31,906 nucleotides of DNA from an uncultured delta proteobacterium (lineage in GTDB: Bacteria; Desulfobacterota; RBG-13-43-22), in the NCBI GenBank assembly GCA_963790475.1, contig CAWBOS010000019.1, forward strand, positions 1-31,906, in the 5' to 3' direction. The position numbers and the translations under genes are program-made. This document shows positions 1 to 9,037 of the stretch, one piece after another; the first letter of the stretch is position 1; every line of letters begins with the position of its first letter. The notes beneath the pieces were generated by a model, which worked only from the letters and a program-made list of their open reading frames with translations, searched no databases and had not been told where the DNA came from.

Positions 1-829
1 GGCCGGCGCAGGGGCAAGCGGGAAAGAAGGGTTTCGATCTTTGACGGGTCCGGCTCCGGGAGGTCCATTGCCCCGGTCAGGTCAGGTCGGACGGTCGGTG
101 CCAGGCCCAACAAGGCCTTTAGGTCATGACTGGTTTTACTGATTTGCCGTTCGAGGTCATTCAGACGTGAGGTAGCCTCCTGCCAGGCTATTAGATCGGC
201 GCTGGATGTTTCCAGGGTAAGATCCCCTTGGTTCAAGGCCTTTTGGGTTCGCTGATACTGGTCCGCAAAAAAGGCCTGGTACGATTGCAGGATAGGTCTC
301 ATTTTTTCTTCGGCCCGGCTTTTCACAAATAAAAGCCGCGCCTGCTGGACCACCTGCCATTCCTGCCACAAGACGGTCAAATCGACCTTAAGACTATCGG
401 CCCGGGCGGCGTCGATGGCGGCATTTCGGGTTATCAAGGCATTAAGGTCGTAATTCAGTCCCATATTAAAGGCATTCACCAGGGCCGGATCGCCATTGAT
501 GGGAAAATCCAGTCCACCGGTCAATTGCGGATTAGGCAAAATCCCGGCGGCCATCAATTGGGCCCTGGCTATCCCTTGCTCATCCCGGGCCGTTTTCAGA
601 TCAGGATTGTTAGGACTGCCAATATAGCAACTTCAGTCATATCCAAACCGTCATCGGGATTGAAGGGATGGGCGGCCAATTCCGGCCAGGGCATTTTTTG
701 AGGCTGGATAACTAAATGCGGCACCCGGTCCAGCAAGGTCGGCTGAAAATTGAGTGGTTTGGGCTTATAATGGGCACAACCGCCCAGACCCGCAAAAATC
801 AGCAGGAAAATCAGAAAAGACTTTTTCAA
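1..829 (-). CDS. TolC/OEP-family outer-membrane efflux lipoprotein, frameshifted near 610, runs off the left edge
   Basis: Lipobox-like LGGC in ORF 596-829. A one-base shift near 610 continues as NNPDLKTARDEQGIARAQLMAAGILPNPQL...LWQEWQVVQQARLLF...LPLRR, open to base 1. These are typical OEP helical motifs. Confidence 0.8.
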
Positions 830-1365
830 AATTTTGCGGCCCCCTTTTTTCTCCTGAAGGCGATAAGCATAAATACAGTTCCCAGAACAATGGGTTCTCC
901 CACGGCTACAGGAAGGACGTTGTTCGGGTTCAACCTGAGTATGCGTTTGACCTCAAGATGGGACATGACACTGCTTATTGGGGTATCATTATTTTTATCC
1001 ACCACTGTTATATAGGCCACATAACTTCCGGAATCGATCAGACGCATGGGCCATCGCCCTTCATAGGTCCCCCGGGGCGGAATGGTCTCTACTTTGATGG
1101 CCTTGTTGGCGCTCCAGTCCTCAAGATCCATGGGCGATTCTTTTCCTCGGGTCACATTGGCTAGTGAAATGTAAGCGATAATATTGTTAACAGCTTGGTC
1201 GGAATTATTGGTTATTGTCCCCGTATAGGTTATTTTGTCCCCCATATTAGCCTGGAGGGAAGGCGGATTAATGAAGACCGAGATACGGCTTGCCGCCAGG
1301 GTATTGGAATAATATACCATTATGGCCAGAAAACTGGTTGATAAAAATAATAGGGTGCGTTTCAT
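826..1365 (-). CDS. Exported Ig-like domain protein with C-terminal membrane anchor
   Basis: Signal peptide, beta-rich GDKITYTGTITNNS segment, and a C-terminal hydrophobic helix followed by RRKK. Overlaps the TolC start by 4 bp. Confidence 0.65.
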   Translation of the reverse strand: MKRTLLFLSTSFLAIMVYYSNTLAASRISVFINPPSLQANMGDKITYTGTITNNSDQAVNNIIAYISLANVTRGKESPMDLEDWSANKAIKVETIPPRGTYEGRWPMRLIDSGSYVAYITVVDKNNDTPISSVMSHLEVKRILRLNPNNVLPVAVGEPIVLGTVFMLIAFRRKKGAAKF

Positions 1366-1374
1366 TTTATTACC

Positions 1375-1992
1375 TCACATTTCCAGTCTGGATACACTTC
1401 TTTTCAAAAACCACAAGGAAAGAACGGTGTAGCCGCAGATAATGGCCACCCGACCGGCCTGAAAACTGAAGCCCTGGCTGTCGATGACCACGCTGTCAAA
1501 GGTATTGAGGGCATCGGCCAGGGGATTTATAAAATCGAGGGCCAGCCCGAACCATGTCCCCCGCAAAGCGGCCGAGATGAAAATAGGGAACCCGGCCAGC
1601 AGAAAGATAAAGAAGGAGAGAATCAGGGAGTTTTTTATGGACTTTATCCTGGCTGAAAGCCCCAGAGAAAAGGCGGAAAAAATAACGGCCAGAAGCGTTC
1701 CGAGGACGGCCAGATAAATGATTCCGATAGTCACGTTCTGTCCCCCTTTCCCGACGACAAAAAGATAAGGCAGGGAAATGACCAAAATAATTCCCCAGTT
1801 GGTTAAGGCCGCTCCCAGCTTCCCCAGGGCAATTTCCATCTTGCTCACCGGGCTGCGGATGGTCGTGGTCTTCCCCGCCCCATTCGGACCCAGGAATCCG
1901 AAAATGTCACCTTCTCCTACCTCGAAATCAAGGCCGTCCAGGGCCGTGTGGGACTCATATTTTTTAACCAGCCCCTCTACACTAATAATCAT
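1375..1992 (-). pseudogene. In-frame chimera: ABC ATPase N-terminus joined to the C-terminal half of an ABC-2 permease (internal deletion)
   Basis: Walker [10 protein letters not shown] is followed directly by [12 protein letters not shown] and transmembrane helices. There is no Q-loop, signature motif or Walker B. Good RBS (AAGGAGG). Confidence 0.75.
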
Positions 1993-2055
1993 GGCTGCCC
2001 TCCTTATTTCATTATAATTGCCTCACGGTTACAAGGGATTACAATCCGGCTTGGA

Positions 2056-2082
2056 ACTCCCTCCCTATTTTAGGGGGGAGGG
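2056..2082. terminator. Stem-loop downstream of the PepSY gene
   Basis: ctccctccctattttaggggggaggggg is self-complementary and lies between PepSY and the ABC gene. Confidence 0.4.
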
Positions 2083-2110
2083 GGCGGAAACAGTTCCGTC
2101 CCGATGGTTA

Positions 2111-2512
2111 TTACTTTTCGTTTTCTTTATGGCCATTGTCGGAATCTTCTCTTTCATGGTCTTCATGGTCTTTCCGGTCGGTTTCGATCTTGAGAACCTC
2201 TCCGTTTCCGGCATCTACCTTTACATCCGCTATCTGCCGGTCGGCCTTGGCGACCTCAACCCCGTAGACAAGATAGCCGTCCTCATTTTCGAGTTCCGCC
2301 TTGATCACCTTTCCCGGTACCGCCTTAAGGGCCTCGTTCATGGCCGAATCGAAGGAAATTTTGGCCATCTCGGCAAATCCGGCTTCGTCATCGCCTTTTA
2401 TTGACAGGCTGCCCGCAGGCTTTTCCTGAAGCGCGTAAACTCCGACAATGGCGAAAAGGGACACCAGAGCGATTCCTCCCATAATTGTTATTATCTTTTT
2501 CATAGTGATCAC
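2111..2512 (-). CDS. PepSY domain-containing exported protein
   Basis: Signal peptide, then AKISFDSAMNEALKAVPGKVIKAELENEDGYLVYGVEV...VKVDAGNGEVL, and an acidic/His tail. Confidence 0.9.
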   Translation of the reverse strand: MITMKKIITIMGGIALVSLFAIVGVYALQEKPAGSLSIKGDDEAGFAEMAKISFDSAMNEALKAVPGKVIKAELENEDGYLVYGVEVAKADRQIADVKVDAGNGEVLKIETDRKDHEDHEREDSDNGHKENEK

Positions 2513-2572
2513 CTCCTTTCTTTTATAACGCTGTGTACTGCAAGCCTTCGTTTGATCTCAACTTACAGGCCC

Positions 2573-2604
2573 ATTATAAGAAGGGAAGATTACAGGAAGA
2601 TGAA
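2573..2604 (-). promoter_or_regulatory. Promoter with TATAAT -10 and a tandem direct repeat (OmpR/CusR-type box) in the -35 region
   Basis: The minus strand reads ttcATCTTCCtgtaATCTTCCcttctTATAAT, with the repeats 11 bp apart. Confidence 0.55.
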
Positions 2605-2984
2605 CGCCCGAAATAAATCATCCGGACCAATGAATTTTTGATCAACTTCATTTACGGTTGGTTATGGTTTAAGGATGGGCGGCAAATACCCGCCCCCGGA
2701 TCTGAGGGAGGATTTGGTATTGTTTTAGCCTGTCGCAACAAGTCGGTGGCTCGGGGTTGGCAAAGGACGAAAGGTTTCCTGGAGTGAAGGATCAGTCTAA
2801 AGGCACCCAGCGGTGAGTGATTTCCCGGGGTCTGACCTGGACCAGGAGAAACCCATATTCCGGTTTCCCGAAATTGTATCTACTGTAGAGCTATTACAGT
2901 TAACAATAAAAATTCTTGAGAATAAAGCTAATATAATATAAAGATTCTTTCAAATATTATTATTCCGCTCGCTGGAGTCAAAGA

Positions 2985-3980
2985 ATGAAACGAATTTTTA
3001 TCCCTTCACTTATCCTGCTTATTCAAATTTTCCTGATCCCTGCCTCTCAGGCCTTGGTCACCCTCCCCGAAAAACCGGTCGAAGAGCACCCTCTGGACGT
3101 AGTCCTTCTCCGCGACTTTCCTCTTCCGGTATCCGAGCAGACTATCCGGGACGAAGGACTTAAAATCCTGGTTTTCGGGGACAGCGGCACCGGGGATGAG
3201 ATTCAGTTCAAAGTCGCCCGGGCCATGCAGAATTTTTGCGCTCGACAGGGGTGCCACCTGGCCCTCATGCTGGGAGATAATATTCACCCTACCGGGGTAA
3301 TGTCGATCAACGACCCGCAGTTCATCGAAAAATTCGAAAAACCCTACGCTACCCTGAATTTACCGGTATTCACCATCCTGGGGGAACACGACTGGGGGCG
3401 AAAAGGAAATATGTACAATTGGCGGGCCCAGATCGACTATACCAAAAAATCCAAGTACTGGCGTATGCCTTCAGACGTCTACTCCCTGACCATCGGCGAT
3501 ATAAAAATCATAGCCCTGAATACCAATTCCTTCCCGGTTTCCAAAGTACAGAAGAGTTGGCTGAAGAAGGAACTGGAAGATTCCCTGGCCCGGTGGAACG
3601 TGGTCATGGGGCACAAACCTATATTTTCCTATGGTTATCATGGTGACACCGACTTTCTCATTCAGGATGTCCTCCCCCTGCTCTGTGACAAGGTCGACCT
3701 CTACCTTTCCGCCCATGAGCACAAACAACAGGTTTTGAAGGCCGACTGCGGCCTGCCGCTGGTCGTTTCCGGGTCGGCGGGTAAACTGCGACCCGAGGAG
3801 GAAACCGGGCCCCGGGCCCTTTTCAATCTGCCGGAGCCGGGCTTTGCCTACCTTTGGATCAAGAAGGATGAAATGATCGTTCAGATACTATCGGACCAAG
3901 GAATCGTCCGTTATCAAATGGTGATCCCCAAAGAACCCTCAGACCGGAAGATATTGAAACCGGTATCTTCTAAACAGTGA
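2985..3980 (+). CDS. Exported metallophosphoesterase, purple/tartrate-resistant acid phosphatase-like
   Basis: Signal peptide and motifs GDSG, GDNIH, GEHD, VMGH, AHEH. Confidence 0.85.
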   Translation: MKRIFIPSLILLIQIFLIPASQALVTLPEKPVEEHPLDVVLLRDFPLPVSEQTIRDEGLKILVFGDSGTGDEIQFKVARAMQNFCARQGCHLALMLGDNIHPTGVMSINDPQFIEKFEKPYATLNLPVFTILGEHDWGRKGNMYNWRAQIDYTKKSKYWRMPSDVYSLTIGDIKIIALNTNSFPVSKVQKSWLKKELEDSLARWNVVMGHKPIFSYGYHGDTDFLIQDVLPLLCDKVDLYLSAHEHKQQVLKADCGLPLVVSGSAGKLRPEEETGPRALFNLPEPGFAYLWIKKDEMIVQILSDQGIVRYQMVIPKEPSDRKILKPVSSKQ

Positions 3981-3989
3981 GGAAGGACC

Positions 3990-4937
3990 ATGGCTGATCG
4001 GATTGACAAAAAGACGGCTTATACATTTTTTTGGATTGCCTTTTTGACGCTGTTCCTCACATCACCGGGATGGAAGTCGGCGATGGCCCAGCCGCCCGCC
4101 AGGGACCTTGATCCGTTGATCCGGGATCTGGGGAATTCGGATTGGACGGTTCGGAGCCAGGCGGCCTCCGCTCTGGGAAAGATTAAAGATCCCCAGGCTG
4201 TCCCGGCCTTGATCAAGGCCCTTCAGGATCCGAAAGGCTACGTCCGCCGGCGAGCCGCCAGCGCCCTGGGGGAGATCAAAGACCCGCGGGCTGTCGAACC
4301 GCTGATTCATGCCTTGCCAGACCCGGAGAGCTATGTCCGGCGCAAGGCCGCCGCCGCCCTGGGTAAATTCAATGATTCACGGGCCGTGGAACCACTCGTT
4401 AAGGCCCTGAGGGACAAGGAATCCGAAGTCCGGGCCGAGGCCGTCCGTTCGCTGGGCAAAATCAACGATCCGCGGGCCGTGGAAAAATTGATCCCGGCCC
4501 TGCAGGATGAAAAGGAAGAGGTCCGCCGTACCGCGGCCATCGCCTTGGGGAAGTTCAAAGACCCACGGGCCGTGGAACCGCTGATCGCCTCGTTTAATGA
4601 TGAGAAATCCACCACCGTTCGGCGACGGGTGGCGGTGGCCCTGGGAGAAATCCAGGACCCCAGGGTGGATTCGTTTTTAAACCTGGCCCTCAAAAATGAA
4701 AATCTGGAGATCATCGCCGGCGCCCACGCCTTTTTCATCCGTCGGGGGGAAAAGGGGAGCGGGACCCTTTTGATCCGGTCCCTGCAGGAATATGGCTATA
4801 TCCGAATGGCTGAAAACTTTTCCCGGTGCGGCAATCCGGCCCTGGCCCAAGCGGGCCGGGATTGGATAAAGAATCAAGGGATTCAGGTGAAATCGGGGAA
4901 GGCCGAAAAGCCCCTGCGTTGGGGAAGTGATAAATAG
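3990..4937 (+). CDS. Exported/membrane-anchored HEAT (PBS-lyase) repeat protein
   Basis: N-terminal hydrophobic segment and about six 31-aa repeats VRxxAAxALGxIxDPRAVEPLIxALxD. Confidence 0.9.
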   Translation: MADRIDKKTAYTFFWIAFLTLFLTSPGWKSAMAQPPARDLDPLIRDLGNSDWTVRSQAASALGKIKDPQAVPALIKALQDPKGYVRRRAASALGEIKDPRAVEPLIHALPDPESYVRRKAAAALGKFNDSRAVEPLVKALRDKESEVRAEAVRSLGKINDPRAVEKLIPALQDEKEEVRRTAAIALGKFKDPRAVEPLIASFNDEKSTTVRRRVAVALGEIQDPRVDSFLNLALKNENLEIIAGAHAFFIRRGEKGSGTLLIRSLQEYGYIRMAENFSRCGNPALAQAGRDWIKNQGIQVKSGKAEKPLRWGSDK

Positions 4938-5110
4938 TTGGAGGCAGGGAATCGCTTAATCCCCCAAATGAGGCCGGCCATGCCAACGGGGGGGTATCAC
5001 TGACAGGCTCAATGAAGGTCTTCCGGAGGTCATGGGAAAGTGGTAGATTCCTGGAAGGACCTAATTTTCATCGGGCGTTCGTTTTTCCTCAGGATTTGGG
5101 CTGATAAAAT

Positions 5111-6301
5111 ATGAAGGATATATCATCGCCGTTCTTACTTCTCTGTTTCACGGGGGGGCTGGCCATCTTCAGCTCCACCATTTCCAAAAGCCCTGTCCTG
5201 CCTCTTTTTGCCTCTCACCTGGGGGCCGATCCGGCCGGTATAGGTTTCGTTGCGGCCATATCCGCCTTTACCGGGATTGTGGTCAGCATTCCGGCCGGAC
5301 TGCTCTCCGACCGCTGGGGCCGGAAAAGGATGCTTCTGTTTTCCGCCTTGGTTTTTTCGACTGCTCCCTTTTTATATCTGGCCGTTGCCCACCTGTGGCA
5401 ACTCGCCTTAGTCCGCTTTTATCATGGGCTGGCCACGGCCATCTTCATCCCTGTGGCCATGGCCATGGTCTCCGACCTCTTCCAGCAGGGAAGGGGGGAA
5501 AAATTGGGCTGGTTTTCCACCTCCACTTTACTCGGCCGGTTTATGGCCCCGATCATCGGAGGGAGCCTGATCGGCTTTTTGGCCTTCAATCCTTCTTTGG
5601 GGTTTAAGGCCGTTTATCTGGTCTGCGGCTTAGCGGGCATCCTGGCCCTTCTTATGGTCTTTAAACTCCCCTATCCGTCCCCTTTGAAAAAAGAGAGGGA
5701 GCCTTTAGGGGAGACTTTAAAGATCCTCAAAAAAGTCATGGCCAACCCCGGAATTTCCCTGACCAGCGGTATGGAAGCGGCCATCCTTTTTGCCTATGGG
5801 ACTTTTGAAACCTTCCTGCCCATCTATTCCATAAAAATAGGGCTCAGTGCCTATGAGGTGGGGGTCTTCCTGTCCGCACAGGTGATTACCCTGGCCTTGA
5901 CCAAGCCTATTTTGGGCCGCTTTTCAGACCGCCATGGACGGAAACCCCAGATTCTGGTCGGGGCCATGATGGGGGCCCTGTGCATAGGGAGCCTGTCGAT
6001 TTTCAAATCCTTTTTTCCCTTGCTCCTTCTAAGTATATTATTTGGATTAAGCTTATCGGTTGTTACCTCGGCCACCTCGGCCTTGGTAGCCGATTTCAGC
6101 CGGAAAGAAACTTACGGTTCGGCTATGGGCATACTCGGTTCCATTATGGATATCGGCCATACTACCGGCCCGCTGGTCTCCGGGATCGTCGCCAAATATT
6201 TGGGTTTTACCCTGTCTTTCATAAACGCCTCGGTTGTTTTAACAGCCGTGGCCCTTGTCTTTTGGGCGGGAGTTAAGTCTCCCCATAGGCAAAATTATTA
6301 G
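5111..6301 (+). CDS. MFS transporter
   Basis: About 12 hydrophobic segments, with MFS motif A twice (GLLSDRWGRK, GRFSDRHGRK). Confidence 0.92.
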   Translation: MKDISSPFLLLCFTGGLAIFSSTISKSPVLPLFASHLGADPAGIGFVAAISAFTGIVVSIPAGLLSDRWGRKRMLLFSALVFSTAPFLYLAVAHLWQLALVRFYHGLATAIFIPVAMAMVSDLFQQGRGEKLGWFSTSTLLGRFMAPIIGGSLIGFLAFNPSLGFKAVYLVCGLAGILALLMVFKLPYPSPLKKEREPLGETLKILKKVMANPGISLTSGMEAAILFAYGTFETFLPIYSIKIGLSAYEVGVFLSAQVITLALTKPILGRFSDRHGRKPQILVGAMMGALCIGSLSIFKSFFPLLLLSILFGLSLSVVTSATSALVADFSRKETYGSAMGILGSIMDIGHTTGPLVSGIVAKYLGFTLSFINASVVLTAVALVFWAGVKSPHRQNY

Positions 6302-6683
6302 AAGGAAGATTTATGAAAGAAATCAAGGTCGGCGATGAGAGGTCGTCCTTCGGTTTTTTCTCCTTGAAAAGGCCGGTGAAGTTTTCTTTCAACTGAAGAT
6401 GGGCGAGGCTGATAAAGCCCCCAGTTAAGGCGCATGCCCCCCAATCCGGGCCGAAAATGCATTCCTTTATTGATAAAATACCACTTCAACCACGAAAATA
6501 TACTGTTCAACCATTATTTCCATTTCCCTCTCTTTTGTTCATAATAAAATAAAGCATTTATCTGCCCAAGATACCGATTCCGGATAAGTTGTCGTGAAAA
6601 TGGTCCTACCGGGTTAAAAAGAAATTTCAGACCTTCTGCGGGATGAGAATTCATCCCCGGAAAAAGAGGCAAAGGAGTCTATT

Positions 6684-7082
6684 ATGCGTCAACTATCGAT
6701 CGTATCCGCCATTTGCCTAATGCTGGCCACTTTTAATGCCCTATCAGGGTGTAGCTTCGTTACCGTTAATTCAAAACCCTATTTGGGTGTGCCGGTATAT
6801 CCCCCAACGGATCCGGCTAGTGTCCAAATACTTCGCGGGGAGCCATCGCGTCCCCATGAACGCTTGGGCGAGATCAGTCTTGAGCCGGAGGGAAATCCGC
6901 CGACGGCCGAAATGGAGGCAAGGTTGAAGGAAGCCGGTGCGCAAATGGGTGCGGATGCCGTGGTCATCGTGGCAGACACAACCAGGATTATGGGCGGGTA
7001 CGTGACAGGTCCCTGGTGGGACCGTCAGATATACCCTGTATACGGACGAGTCATCATTGCCGTTGCCATCAGGTATGTGTAG
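6684..7082 (+). CDS. Conserved-type lipoprotein of unknown function
   Basis: RBS aaggag, lipobox LSGC, and LKEAGAQMGADAVVI resembling small YbjQ/dodecin-like folds. Confidence 0.7.
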   Translation: MRQLSIVSAICLMLATFNALSGCSFVTVNSKPYLGVPVYPPTDPASVQILRGEPSRPHERLGEISLEPEGNPPTAEMEARLKEAGAQMGADAVVIVADTTRIMGGYVTGPWWDRQIYPVYGRVIIAVAIRYV

Positions 7083-7292
7083 TACGAAAATGCCGTTCAA
7101 GGATTCCAGGGAAGGGTTCAAGAGGTATAATTTCGACGCCTTTGACTTGAATTCTTGGCCCTTTCAGTCCCTGGCCTCTCTTTTAGGCCTCATATCTTCG
7201 AGAGGATTTCCATTCAAGGTCTATGGGTTACAAGGGTTAAGGGGACTTTTAAAAACCATATCCTTTGTACCGTTGAAAAAAAGGAGGATGTT

Positions 7293-8225
7293 ATGAAGAA
7301 GAGAATCATCTTAGCGGCTTTAGTATTCGGGTTTTTGGGTTCATGGGTTTTTCAACTGTCTTTATCGGTCGCTCAGGGAAACCCGGCGACGGAAAGTAAA
7401 TCACCGGAACAAGGACTATTGAAAAAAACCGAACAATTGACCGGTGCCAAAGGAGAGTACGTGTCCAAAGAAGGCGTTTACAAAGTCGGTTTCCCGCGTT
7501 CCGACCTTAAGGTGGAAATTTCAGGCACTAAAATGGTTCCGGCCCTGGGCCTCGGTGTCTGGGCTGGTTTCAAAATCACCGGTGGCAAGGCCATGGTAAT
7601 GGGAGATACTGTTTTAACGGAAGATCAGGTTAATCCTGTCCTGGACGCGGCCCTGAACAACGGTTTGGAAGTTACCGCCATACACAATCATTTTTTTTGG
7701 GATTCTCCTAAAATCATGTTTATGCATATCGGAGGTTCAGGGGATGTGGAAAAATTAGCCGCCGGGGTAGGTAAGGTTTTTGCTAAAATCAAGGAGACCG
7801 CCGGCGGAAAAGGCCAAAAACCCTTTGCCGACATAGATCCGGCAAAAACCACTCTTGATCCTACTAAAATAGATGCTATCCTGGGGGTAAAGGGCCAGAT
7901 GGCCGCAGGCGTTTATAAAATTACCATCGGCAGAACGACAAGCATGCACGGCCACGAAGCCGGCAACGCTATGGGGATAAATACCTGGGCGGCCTTTGCC
8001 GGAAGCGATGAAAAAGCGGTGGCTGACGGCGATTTTGTGATGCTTGAGTCCGAAGTCCAGTCGGTGTTGAAGACCTTGCGTCGCGCGGGGATCAACATCG
8101 TGGCCCTCCATAACCATATGTTGATGGAATCTCCCAGAATGATTTTCCTTCATTATTGGGGCGTCGGCTCTACGACCGATTTGGCCAAAGGATTAAAAGC
8201 GGCTTTAGATACGCAGAAGAAATAG
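7293..8225 (+). CDS. DUF1259 (LppY/LpqO-like) exported protein with two repeated domains
   Basis: Start placed at ATG 7293 after AAGGAGG, followed by a signal peptide. Duplicated motifs VTAIHNHFFW...MFMHIGG and IVALHNHML...IFLHYWG. Confidence 0.85.
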   Translation: MKKRIILAALVFGFLGSWVFQLSLSVAQGNPATESKSPEQGLLKKTEQLTGAKGEYVSKEGVYKVGFPRSDLKVEISGTKMVPALGLGVWAGFKITGGKAMVMGDTVLTEDQVNPVLDAALNNGLEVTAIHNHFFWDSPKIMFMHIGGSGDVEKLAAGVGKVFAKIKETAGGKGQKPFADIDPAKTTLDPTKIDAILGVKGQMAAGVYKITIGRTTSMHGHEAGNAMGINTWAAFAGSDEKAVADGDFVMLESEVQSVLKTLRRAGINIVALHNHMLMESPRMIFLHYWGVGSTTDLAKGLKAALDTQKK

Positions 8226-8340
8226 GAAATGATGGGAAATCGTTAAACAATAAAAATTAATCAGTCATAAAGAATTAAAATTATGAGGTCCAAGATTAAC
8301 CGGGCCTCCTTGTCCCTGGCCGTGAAGGCTAATAAACAAT

Positions 8341-8859
8341 ATGAAAACCCTTTTTGGTTTCTTCTTTTGTCTACTGATCTTTTCAAGTCTGGCCCAGGCT
8401 GGTCCTCCTCTATTGACCAGCGACACCGGCACCCCGGGAGATCGGCATTGGGAGATCAATGTCGGTTTATCCGGGGAAAAGACCTCTACTCATTTCCAAT
8501 GGGCCGTTCAGGCCCTGGACCTCAATTACGGACTTGGAGAAAGGATACAACTCAAATATGAGCTGCCCTGGATCTTTTCCAGACCCGAGGGAGAAGAAAC
8601 CAAGGACGGCATCGGCAATTCGGTCTTAGGGATAAAATGGCGGTTTTTTGATGAAGAGCGCCAGGGAATCGCCATATCTACCTATCCCCAGGTTGAATTC
8701 AATACCTCCAACTCCTCGGTGGACAAGGGCCTGGTGGATAAAGGCCCCAAATACATCCTCCCTTTGGAGATTGAACGGAAGATCGGTCCGGTCAATGTCA
8801 ATGGGGAGGTCGCCGGTGGAGGTCAAATATCAAAGTCGAGAAGACGGATTCAGCTTTAG
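8341..8859 (+). pseudogene. Outer-membrane beta-barrel 'transporter'-like protein, C-terminally truncated
   Basis: Signal peptide, GPPLLTSDTGTPGDRHWEIN, DLNYGLGERIQL and GIGNSVLGIKWRF. Barrel-like sequence stops near 8810 and unrelated sequence follows. Confidence 0.6.
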
Positions 8860-9022
8860 AGCGAGGGCCGGCACACCTTGCGTGTGACCATGGAAGGCGA
8901 CCGGATTCAACGCTTTTATGATGGTAAGAAGTATGTGCAAGCGAAGGACTCGACCTTTCAGGAATCAGGCAAAATTGGTCTGTGGACCAAGGCGAAGCAC
9001 GGAGTCTTTTTGATGACTTGAA
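8828..9022 (+). pseudogene. Degenerate C-terminal remnant of a DUF1080 (3-keto-disaccharide hydrolase-like) gene
   Basis: Reads RRIQL*SEGRHTLRVTMEGDRIQRFYDGKKYVQAKDSTFQESGKIGLWTKA, then SLFDDL in a shifted frame. Not in the ORF track. Confidence 0.65.
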
Positions 9023-9037
9023 AAAGAAGGTCTGCAA

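Noticed and set aside
2640-2870. GC-richer intergenic stretch with small hairpins (possible riboswitch or ncRNA)
   Set aside because: I could not match a known consensus. An Rfam/Infernal scan would be needed.
4150-4660. Roughly 93-bp periodic DNA repeats resembling an array
   Set aside because: They are degenerate, in-frame HEAT-repeat codons with no constant repeat and unique spacer structure, so not CRISPR.
5010-5070. Imperfect stem upstream of the MFS gene
   Set aside because: Mismatched, with no U-tract or recognisable aptamer, so too weak to call.
6325-6425. ggcgatg... resembling the start of a fluoride riboswitch
   Set aside because: The expected pairing and 3' pseudoknot segment are not evident, and it is far from the next gene.
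8857-8859. In-frame TAG followed by protein-like sequence (possible pyrrolysine or readthrough)
   Set aside because: The surrounding DUF1080 fragment has other lesions and belongs to a different gene. A CAG-to-TAG decay mutation is simpler.
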